DNA of 64,000 bases. It comes from Microbotryum violaceum (Eukaryota). Shown piece by piece: positions 54,663 through 64,000 of this stretch (position 1 is the first letter of the stretch; each line of letters opens with the position of its first letter). The translations under genes were made by a program, and so were the position numbers. The notes under the pieces are model-generated. The model searched no databases. It saw nothing but the letters and a program-made list of their open reading frames with translations, and was not told the DNA's origin. The stretch spans positions 992,001 through 1,056,000 of the forward strand of contig CDLV01000013.1 in assembly GCA_001244265.2 (NCBI GenBank). The letters are read 5' to 3'.

Positions 54663-57311
54663 TCAATCGCTATCCGAATCCGAGGTATCATCATCGTCCT
54701 CATCATCATCCGTCCCACTTGTATCTTCGTCCTCGTCATCCTCATCATCGTCCCTCGCGGCCCTCTTCACCGACTGGCCCTTCATCAACGCCATCTGCCC
54801 TGCGATCGTATCCTCATCCGGTTCGGAAATATCATCCTCCTCGCCCAACACGTCTTCATCATCCGCCGCTTCATCAACCTTCATCTTCATATCCTTCTGC
54901 GCATCCGTGCCCACGAAGGAATCGGACATGGCGTAGACTTGAAAGGTGTAGAGACCTGGTCCAGGGGGTGCTTGGAAACTCACGCGGATCGTACGGACGC
55001 GATGGGGCCCCATGTCGGTGAATTTGTGGGGCGCGACGAAGATGCGGTTCAGCTTGTGGTCGCCGATGAAGACGCTCCAGGTCGGTTTTCGGTTCTGTAG
55101 GATAGAACCGAAGTAATTCAGTCGACGATCGGGCTAGATCTCTCGGAGAGGTAAGCACTCACCTTGGGGTAGTGGGGAGCATGAGCCAGCGGCGTCGGCT
55201 CATCGCCATCCTCACCCGCCTTGCGTCGACCGATCAACTCATCAATACTCTCCTCTTCGCCTTCCTCCTCTTGTTTTCCAACGGTTACGCTCGTAATCTC
55301 CGGCATGAATTGACCAGGCGGGGTGATCCTCAATTTGACGGTGAAAGAAATGATCGCACCGGGTGTGACGATGGTTTCACCGACGACTTTGAACTTGGCA
55401 TCGACGAAGGAAACGACGGGCCAATGTTTGGCCACTTCAAAGACTTCCTTCTTGTGTTGTTCGGGGATGCCGGGCAAGAGCTTTTCGACTTGACCGGCGT
55501 TGAGACGACCAAAGTCCGTGATGGTGTGTGCACCGACCTTGTTCGCCTCTTGGGCAATCTCGGGGGTGAGGTTGGGAAGTTGGAGCAAAGGTGAAGAGCT
55601 AGGGTGAACGGCTTGGAGGAGGAATTGTTGGAGATGCTGAACCGCGATGTAGGTCGAGAGCCAGTTGTGGGCGAGCACGATCGACGAGAGGCCGTTACAC
55701 AGGGGCAAAGCGAGGGTCACGATGCGGTGTTTCTCTGTCAGGAACCGTCAGCGAAAGTTATTAGCATGCGATCATCCAAGCAGCGTATTCTTTCAAGCCC
55801 ACTGACCTTTGATTAACGCGGGCGATTTGATGGGCACGCGAAGCAAATGAGCTGCAATAAAAACACGAGCCCTCTTTTGCGCCGTCGACCACATTCCGTA
55901 CCCTTCCCAGCCAGACTTGCCATCGACACCCTCGCGGATCGTCGAAGTTAAGCGAGCGTATTCGTCGATATCGGCCTTGCCAAGCTTTTTGCGCCCACTG
56001 ACCAGTTCGGGATCAACGGCGAATTCGTCTGCGGCGGCGAGGATGTCGACGAGGACGGGGAAGGAGGTCTCTTCCTTGAGCGCACGGAAAAAGGTAACGG
56101 CGGTCGAGTTGAGCACATTGTCCTTGGTCAACTTGCGCGTGCCGTACCACCATTGGCCCTGTTGTGCACGGATCATCAGGTCTCTCTAGTGGTATTTACG
56201 CGAGGCAAATGATGACTTACGACAGAGTAGGGCAACAGGCCACCGAGGACCAAGGCGTAGGCAGCCATGACATACCAACGACTCTTGGAGTCGACGACCC
56301 ACGAGGGCAAGGCGATGCCCTGGCTGAACTCTTGCTTGCCGTCGGGGTGACCGAACATCTCCCAGTTGTGGCGACTGACTTGGTCGGTCAGGCTGTGGGG
56401 AAGTGAACGTGGGGAGCAGTGAGATCGATGTTGTATCTTGTGGTGAGAGGGAGGACATACTCACGCCTTGTAAGCCTTTGTCAGTTCGACAAAGATGTTG
56501 TCGACCTCCTCCTTGGTCTGGTTGACGAGCAATCCAACCTTGTCCGGGTGGCTGCAGATGAAGCGGGATTGAGAATTACACGTCGAACAAGATGCGCTTC
56601 TTCACTGCGCACTCACTACTTGAGCGACATTTTGCGATAATGCTTCTTGATGACCTTTTCACTTGACCCCTGAGTAGATTTGGTGGATCGCGTTCATCAG
56701 TCTGCCGTCGAGTATACGTTCCCACGCCGCCTATGCCTACCATGGCGACACCCAAGATCTTGAACGGATCGAACGCGACGCTCTCGGCTTTGACGGTGGT
56801 CGCCTTCTGCACGACGACGGCGAACGCGACCCAGCCCGCAGCGAGCATGACGTGCCTGTTCGACCCTCAAAGCAAAGCGCCATCAACACCCTGACTCGGC
56901 ACAGCAGCAGCACGACCCCACGCCGGACTGACTTGATCGATATCAACGCATTGATGGAAGCCGAAGAGCGTTGCAGTTCAACCGACTTCTTGTTCCACCC
57001 CTCGCAGGGGTAAGGCACTCGTTTCGCCGCGGCTTCGGCACCGCCTCGGATCGTAATCCACGTCAACGGGATGAGGAGGAGGAGCATCACCGTCAGGAGG
57101 AAGAAGTAGGACTGGTGATGGTTGGTGCAGTTGAGAGTGTCGTAACGCGGTCGTCGTTTGTCGGTCGGGGACAGTGGCACGGACGCGCGTTAGTGACGTG
57201 GTCAAGACTCGGCGTGGGATCGAGCTAACACAGACCGTGGTGGGGCTACTGAGCGCAGCAGAGCCCAAGACTCACGTTTCCAACCTCGTCGTAGGTGTAT
57301 TGACCGGCCAT
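54663..57311 (-). CDS. SEC63: Sec63 ER translocon J-domain subunit
   Basis: MAGQYTYDEVGN|SYFFLLTVMLLLLIPLT; FDPFKILG; J domain HYRKMSLK|.HPDK...FVELTKAYKA; GHPDGKQEFSQGIALPSW; HAPHYP; FQAPPGPGLYTFQ..AMSDSFVG; acidic tail. Confidence 0.96.
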
Positions 57312-58004
57312 ACTGCACTCAAGGCGGGGGGGAGCGGCAACTACGGCAACTACAGGCACGAGCTGAGGCTAGGCGATGGGCAGCAGACCAAGACCGGTCC
57401 GATGGGCGGCGGGCACGCTTTGGCTCAGTTTGGCTTGCCCTCTTGCAGGACCCCCGAAAGCCCAGCCAGAGGCGGCCCGCAAATTTGGACATTCTGGGGA
57501 CCCGAAAATCGGCTAGGCAGCCCGCAAATTTGGACATTTTTGGCTCAAAAGGGGTCGAGGCTCACCTCATTTTTGGACATTTTCCTCCCTCCGGTCGAAC
57601 TTTGAAGCGCAGACCAGGGTAGCGGGAGGCGCAGGCGCAGGGCATAACCGGCCCAGCTGCGCGGCGCGGGGAACACAAATATCGTCGTACAGGAGCTTCG
57701 CCTCATCAAGAAAGCTTGCTCTTCCATTCACCTCATTGATGGCATTATGCCGTTCCGCATGATTGATGGTCGACAGGTCATCGAGTCCTTAGGCCCGCCA
57801 AAGATCACATATAGTTCAACCACGGACCTTACCTCACTTTACCCCGACGAGCGCATAATCAGCACGAGCGCACATTGTAAGGTATGCGCCTCTGATGTGC
57901 ATAAAATACAATCTGTCATTCTTGACCACTAGACTAAAAGCAAGTCGTAACTAGAACTCGGCAGTTCTAGCTACTCAGAGGCTACTTATATGGCTGTTCT
58001 GTAA

Positions 58005-60612
58005 GGCTTCCCCTTAACGGTGCAGGAGGGGGAGAGCTTCAAGTGGTGCGGCTATGCCTTCTTTCGCCACGGTGACTCGAAACTGTTTTGGACCCATGTT
58101 CTTGACAGGATCAAGGCCAAGACCCGCGCCGCTGGAGACCGGACACTTTCGCCGAGTGGGAAGGTCTTCTATGCCAACGCTCACATCATCTCGACGGTCC
58201 TCCACGTGCTGTCCTTCGACATACCGCCTCAATGGTTCATTAAGGCGGCGGAGACAGCACTTACGGATTTTGTCTGGGGAGGAGCAGGGCGAAATACCGT
58301 CGCTCGCGATTTCGTGTACCAGGCTCGGGAGAACGGCGGCTTGGGCTTGATTTCGATCGGCGATATCGTTCATTCGGTGGCGCTTCGATTTTGGGATGCT
58401 GCGGCGGGCTCGAACGAGGCGATCTGGGCGCCCCTAGCTCGCGAGAGCTGGAGGTCCCTCGTCGCTGCGACCCGCGATTTCAGTCCGTGGGGGTTCTTCA
58501 GCAGCACGGCTCGGCTTGAGAAGCTGTATCGCGACTCGACGCGCTGGGGCCAGTCGTTGCAGCGGCCAGGGTCACAGTTCCAACCATCAAGTCCGAACTC
58601 CTTACGCTCCCCGAATGGCTCTCGCTTCCGCCTCGCCTCCCTTCACTCTATGCTGAAGGTGCCAAGCACGCATATGACGATGCGGACGCAGTGGCGAAGT
58701 TTGCGCAGATCGCGGACCTGTACTGGAGGGACAAAGGGAAGGGCTGGGCTCTGGTTGGTCATCGACGCGGGTTCTGGCAGCACTCTAAGGAACCCGCCCT
58801 ACAGCACGAGCACGTGTGGTCGCGCGTGGGTCAGTTGCTCAAGGCGAAAGCCTTGCTGCCCAAGACCGCGTTGCGACCTGCTCGGATACCTCTCAAGGAG
58901 GCTCCCCGTCCTCGGTGCTTCAACTTCTTTGGGCTCACCCGACCTTTTACGATTCGCAAGCTTTGTCGGCTTGTGAACGTGGTTCGGTTCCCAGGGAGGG
59001 AGGATCGTGTCAAGCGTTTCCGTGATGGGTCTTCTCAGAGCGATAGGAAGCGCTTCTGGAGATGGCTTCCTGACCGGTTCGCGTCTGCTGTGGAGCAGGA
59101 CACCCACTGGCGGCTCATGTACGACGTGACGCCGACGCGCAAGAGGCAGCATACTCAAGGTCATGCCTCTTCGCCGACGTGTCTGTTCTGCGGCAATGAT
59201 GCAGCGGTCATCGAGACGGTGTCGCACTACTTCTTCGAGTGCGCGTACTCGACCAGCTTCTGGGGCGGGGTGCTTCGCATTCTGTTTGACAAGCTGGGCA
59301 TCGAGGATACCGACGTCGATCCGTCGACGTTCACTCCGGAGCAGCTGAATATGGGGCTCCCCCTTTTGCGGGGTCGTGGGAGAACGACCTCGAAATGGAT
59401 GTGGGTTCGGCTGGCTTGCGCAATCGGCTTCCAGCGGATGCACCTGCTCCGCTGGCGCATTCATCAGCGGTGTTGCAACAAGGACTAAGAGGCACTCCAC
59501 GACTCAGCTCCGAGATACACAAGTGAGATGATGAGAATAGCGTGGAGAAGGAACCCAGAAGGAAAAAAGACGCAAAGACAAAGATAGGCGCGCGCGCAGA
59601 ATAAAGTATTAACCAAGACTAATAGCAATGAGTTAGGCTCTCAGACCCCACTTCTAACAAGCGGTTCGAGCTGGACAAGGTCGTGGCCCCTCCCTCGCTC
59701 CCCAGTGCACTCAGAGCGTTCGAGCGAGATTTTCTTTCTCGAGCGGGTTTTGTGCCTGGGGCTCGAAATTGGGAGGTGTGATGACCGATCGCGGTTTTCG
59801 TTCTTGGATGGATCGGCAAGCCGGGTCGATCGTCTTTGCGTTGGAGGCTTTGTGAAGTTTTCCCCTCTCCTTTCCCCCCTTTTTCCCTTCCCTTCCTCCT
59901 CTTCCCGTTCCTGTTGCTCGGTTGTTGACTACGCTTCAGCCACTTCTCCTTTTACTCCTAAGCCGTGTGTTGGATTCTGTTGAATGGTTCGTTCGTTCGC
60001 GTTGATCAAGATCTACGGCATGGCACGGGAAGGAAGGTCGCTCGTTTCTGGTCAATATCCTCGCGTCAAGGCGAGGCTCGTTTTGTTGTATTGGGTCGCT
60101 TTTCGCTCGGCCCCGACGGCTCAACAGCCAGCACTCGAAATACAGCCAAGGGAGAACATCAGGCGCTGTCGAGGTGACAAGTAGCTGGGGCTTGGCTGCG
60201 GCCTGTTAGTCCCTGGGGACCTCTATCTCTGGCTTCGACCCCCTCCCTTGGCCCCTCGGGTGTGTTCCCCTCCTCTCTGTCTTAGTATTCCTGATTTTTC
60301 CGTGTTCCCAGTCGTGACTTTCTGTATACTCTCCCCCTTCTTTCTCTAGGCGCTCTTGCCTCGTTTTCGAGTATCTTCGCTCCCGCTCTTGGGACGTGAA
60401 GCGGCAGCAGTACTCACCGCCCGTTGGAGTCCGCGTTAGGTGCTCGGCGGGCTTTGATCTGCGCAGCGCTCTTTGCGCGCAGGGGTTTGACTTTCACCCA
60501 ACTGCTTGCCGTCATTGCTTTATAACCTCCTTTAGCTCTTTTTGTAGCGGTCCCAGCCAACCCGAAGGATAGCAATTTATGAGCCCCAGTTAAAATAATA
60601 ATAATAATAAAA
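58005..60612 (+). mobile_element. 5'-truncated L1/Tx1-clade non-LTR retrotransposon
   Basis: Post-RT region FKWCG...RTLSPSGKVFYAN...FVWGG...YQARENGGLGLISI; zf-RVT-like HWRLMYDVTPTR...CLFCG...ETVSHYFFEC...FW. Frameshift at ~58550; ORF ends at TGA 59779-59781 once the LTR is removed; ~810-nt 3' UTR; (TAA)n tail at 60592-60612. Confidence 0.9.
59471..59659. mobile_element. Solo LTR (189 bp) with 5-bp TSD
   Basis: Begins TGTT and ends AACA, flanked on both sides by AGCGG (59466-59470 and 59660-59664). Removing it plus one TSD copy restores the LINE frame IHQR|FELDKVV. Confidence 0.9.
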
Positions 60613-61394
60613 TGCCGAGCAGCAGATTTGCCTCCCTTCAGAGCGTGCCCGACCTGCGAGATGCCGCCGGCAGAACCTCTACAAGTCGCACAAATGCCAC
60701 CGCGGAAACAAGGAGCTCAAATTCAGCAAAAAGGAAGTCTGACAACGAAGCAGCGAGCCTGCCAGCCAAGCAAGGAAGGCTTGTTCGATGCCTGGAGCCA
60801 CGCGCGACACCAGCCGAAGCGACGCGCGCCGCAAGCCACTTTTGATTGGCCGCCGCGCGCCCGCAAACGCTCGGAACGCATTTTTGAGGACTATTGAGCG
60901 ATTTTTGGAGCATGAAGAACACATTTTGATTTCCGAGGCGCATGTGAATTTTTGTCATTTTGGGGTCAAAATAGGGTAAAAAACTTTGACAAAAAGGCCA
61001 AAAAATGGCGTTTTGCCACATGCGCCTCGATCTGGCTGGGCTTTCGGGGGTCCTGTCAGCCCGTCGCCGCCATCGCGCGTCTCTCGTATTGGAACACAAC
61101 GTGATTCGTGGCTTTCGAACCACAGCAATATCGTCGGGGCACCTCGCACTCGCTACGCAGGGGCGTTGCAGTATAACGGGCCGAAAGGAAGGGAGGACTG
61201 GAAGCGATTGACGCTTTGTGCTGATACTCTGTACGTCCCGAGTTGTCACCTACGCAGCTGTAGGCTCCACGTCGGCGTAATGATCATTGAGCTGAACGAC
61301 CACGCTCCGTGCCCCACCTCTCATCCAATCCTTTGATCGCACACCCAGAATCAACTCGGCACAAGAAAGCTTTCTAGAGCCAGATCACGACGCG

Positions 61395-64000
61395 ATGTCA
61401 GGCGATGTAGCACCTGCGGTTCCCCTGGCGTCGTCGAGCAGTCTACCAGCACTCGACTTGTGTCGCCTCGCCGACCTCGACGATGCTCCTACCGAAGCTG
61501 AGTGGCTCAATCACCTTCTCAAGGCAACAATGAATCACGACAGGGCATCTCAAAGCTCGTCACAAGCCAACCTGGGCTCCCTGGAGGCGTCGCTGGGCAA
61601 GGCACTAGCCGCACTCGAGGTCGCGACGCACGACACGTCCGCGCTCGTGGACCGCACCATCGACGACATCTCTCGCTCGGTACCTCGACTTGCGTTCGAT
61701 CTACAGCTCATGCGCGAGAACGCACTACTCCTACGCTTTACGCTCGATGGGATCCGGAAACGCTCCGGGACGGGCTCAGGCTTTGGCGAGAACCCCGAGG
61801 TCTCATGTGTGATGGAGAAGCTTCGGGTCTTGGATCTGGCCAAAGCGCGTATGGAGGCTGCCCGGGATGTCTTGCGAGAAGCCGAGAGCTGGAGTACGCT
61901 CGAAAGCGAAGTTGCAGGGTTGCTCGGTGAGCAAGCCTTCGCTAAGGCGGCGGAACGACTCGAAGAGGCCGCGAGGAGCATGGTCGTCTTCCAGAACACG
62001 ATCGAGTACGAGGCCCGACGCGCTCTGATGGTCTCGCTACAGAACCAACTCGAAGCCTCGCTGTCTAGCTCGCTGGTCAGTGCCATCAATACTCGAGACG
62101 TCAAGACGTGCAAGTCGTACTATGCCATCTTTGGTCAGATCCAGCGCGAAGCCGAGTTCACGGCATACTACTTTGGATCGCGGCGCAGCGCGCTCGTCGA
62201 TGCATGGGTCAATGCCAAACTCATCGATATACCTAATGTGACGATTGAACCTGATGCTGCGAGTACTGCGACATCAACTGCCTCGGCCTCGATCATGTCC
62301 GCTTCGACTCCTATCAAGCTCACCTCGTTCCTCATCAAGTTCTATGGTGACTTGCATGCCCTACTCGCCGAGGAACGCACATACGTGCCTGCGATCTTTC
62401 CTGATCCTGCACCGACCATCTCCTCCTTCGTCTCGACAACTCTTGAGGGTCTCTCGCCCTCCTTGCCTCAGCGCCTCAGTGCCATCGCCGACACGTATGG
62501 ACCGCTCATCTTGCCCGAGCTCATCCAAGCTTATCGCGCGACCGAAGACTTTGCTCTCAGCGTCGATCAAATCATCTCCAAGCTCGATCCGTCTGATGCG
62601 ACCCCTTTGGCTACCCACGGCAGCTCGGGAAGTGTCTCAGGAGCTCCGTTCGTATCCTCGCCCGGGCTCGAAGGCAGCGCGCCGGCGACCCCCTCGAAGC
62701 GCGATCGAAGACTGTCGAAACGCATGTCGACGTCCCGGAGAATGAGCTCCCGTTCACTGTCCTTCGGTGGTTCGGCTGTTTCCAATACAGATGGCGCAGG
62801 TGTGCCCACAACGGCCAATCACGCGGCCGTGCGAGCGTGGGAGACGGCGATGTTCGAGCCCTTCTTAGATTGGCAGGTCGAGTATCCCGAGCTCGAACGG
62901 CAGTACCTCGCATACGAAGTCGCACGTGTCACGGGACCACCAGGAACGGATGTGATGGGCAATCTCGTCGAGGAAGGTGCGGGCGCGTCCTCGGGTTCGA
63001 GAGATCAGAAGGGTGGAGAGAAGGGGGCGCGAGCTCTGTGGGATCTGACATCCAGTGTCTTTTCTCTGATGGAGGACGCGATAAGTCGATCTTCGGCGAT
63101 GACCCATGGCTATGCTGCAGCGGGTATCGTCGAAGTCATTGACGGTCAGCTGGTCGATTTCCTCGACCAGAGAAAGAATGAGCTCAACCGCGCCAAATCC
63201 ATGGTAGGGCATGCGCGTCGAAGACAGGGGCTTAGGAGCGAGAATGAGGACGAAGCTGCTTTTGAAGGACTCGAATACTCGACCGAGGACTGGGGCACGT
63301 TCCAGCTTGGTCTCAGATTGCTCGATACGTGTCGTTCGATCACCGACCGGCTGACTTCGTTTGAAAACAAGCTGCAGACTCGGCTGATGATTCTGGCGCA
63401 GACGATCCGGGAAGCGAGGGAGGATCCATTGCACTATTCCATTCCCGGGACGACTCGCGGTGCCATCACATTACTGCGACAGTCAGCTCTGAACTCTGTC
63501 GAGCTGGCTCAACTGCTCGAACCGCTCGAACGACTTCAGGACGCATTGACAGGTCCGCCGGCTCCACCCCTCTCGCTCGCGCTCATGCCTAAGGCTCGAT
63601 TCGCGACCGTTGAGTTCACGCGTGCGACGCAACTATTCCTACATGAGACCATCTTGGCCCCTCTCCTCGCTCACCTCAACGACTACGCCGTACTTCCAAC
63701 CTGGACCACATCGCAGGATCAGCGACCCGGAGCCAAAGGCGCGTTCGACTTGGCGATCCCCACCTTCTCGCTCTCCCCCACGGAGACAATCTCGCGGGTC
63801 GGCGAAGGCCTTTTCAACCTGCCCCGGCTCTTCGAAGTCTACGCTGGCGATGATGCCCTCGCCTTTTCGATCGAGACGTTGCCGTACGTCGACGCTGAGG
63901 CTCTGCGCGCTCTGCAGCCGCCCTCGCTCGCTTCGCCCATCAGCCCCGCGCATCGTCCGTCGCTGAGCCATTCACGAATGAGTGAATCTGTGTCGCTTTC
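61395..64000 (+). CDS. COG7: Conserved oligomeric Golgi complex subunit 7 (continues beyond window)
   Basis: Frame from ATG 61395 stays open to the window end, so it is absent from the ORF track: EWLNHLL...DRTIDDISRSVPRLAFDLQLMRE...KARMEAARDVLREAESWSTLESEV...LQNQLEA...IPTFSLSPTETISRVGEGLFNLPRLFEVYA. Confidence 0.93.
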   Translation, partial: MSGDVAPAVPLASSSSLPALDLCRLADLDDAPTEAEWLNHLLKATMNHDRASQSSSQANLGSLEASLGKALAALEVATHDTSALVDRTIDDISRSVPRLAFDLQLMRENALLLRFTLDGIRKRSGTGSGFGENPEVSCVMEKLRVLDLAKARMEAARDVLREAESWSTLESEVAGLLGEQAFAKAAERLEEAARSMVVFQNTIEYEARRALMVSLQNQLEASLSSSLVSAINTRDVKTCKSYYAIFGQIQREAEFTAYYFGSRRSALVDAWVNAKLIDIPNVTIEPDAASTATSTASASIMSASTPIKLTSFLIKFYGDLHALLAEERTYVPAIFPDPAPTISSFVSTTLEGLSPSLPQRLSAIADTYGPLILPELIQAYRATEDFALSVDQIISKLDPSDATPLATHGSSGSVSGAPFVSSPGLEGSAPATPSKRDRRLSKRMSTSRRMSSRSLSFGGSAVSNTDGAGVPTTANHAAVRAWETAMFEPFLDWQVEYPELERQYLAYEVARVTGPPGTDVMGNLVEEGAGASSGSRDQKGGEKGARALWDLTSSVFSLMEDAISRSSAMTHGYAAAGIVEVIDGQLVDFLDQRKNELNRAKSMVGHARRRQGLRSENEDEAAFEGLEYSTEDWGTFQLGLRLLDTCRSITDRLTSFENKLQTRLMILAQTIREAREDPLHYSIPGTTRGAITLLRQSALNSVELAQLLEPLERLQDALTGPPAPPLSLALMPKARFATVEFTRATQLFLHETILAPLLAHLNDYAVLPTWTTSQDQRPGAKGAFDLAIPTFSLSPTETISRVGEGLFNLPRLFEVYAGDDALAFSIETLPYVDAEALRALQPPSLASPISPAHRPSLSHSRMSESVSL

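Larger units (their letters stand above)
57446..61055. mobile_element. Non-autonomous DNA element bounded by perfect 25-bp TIRs
   Basis: CAGGACCCCCGAAAGCCCAGCCAGA at 57446-57470 has an exact reverse complement at 61031-61055. Subterminal repeats CCCGCAAATTTGGACATT x2 on the left; a nested inverted repeat CGAGGCGCATGTG at 60934-60946 and 61017-61029 on the right. No TSD seen. Confidence 0.8.

Noticed and set aside
57640-57935. Coding remnant inside the TIR element (CKVC as a BED finger; weak GH19-like peptide on the minus strand)
   Set aside because: Too short and degenerate to assign by eye.

Overview
Intron-rich, GC-rich fungal nuclear DNA. GT-AG introns with CTRAC branch points, protein motifs and transposon content point to a basidiomycete, most likely a Pucciniomycotina/Microbotryomycetes yeast (inference). 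I assembled 17 protein-coding genes by hand across introns: ACT1 (3'-truncated by the window), ARS2, MED10, TRM11, VFA1, RAD16, SSK1, a NOPCHAP1-like gene, ERF4, an arrestin-like gene, a disordered hypothetical protein, eIF3e, HapX, FET3, SLA2, SEC63 and COG7 (runs off the window). Three mobile-element patches interrupt them. (1) At 7.4-10.4 kb, a decayed RecQ-type helicase is followed by DUF6570/Helitron-like Rep remnants, then by ~2 kb of sequence lacking the host's dinucleotide signature. (2) At 28.6-34.2 kb, a decayed KDZ transposon is bracketed by two fold-back inverted repeats, one made of two DUF3435-like (Starship-captain family) tyrosine-recombinase fragments. (3) At 57.4-61.1 kb, an element with perfect 25-bp TIRs contains a 5'-truncated L1/Tx1 LINE, which in turn contains a solo LTR with a 5-bp TSD; the nest sits in the SEC63/COG7 divergent promoter. 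Also notable: a head-to-head HapX-FET3 pair with evenly spaced CCAAT boxes and no adjacent FTR1, GC-AG introns, a split start codon and a probable NUMT. Family assignments come from recognising motifs by eye; no database search was run.
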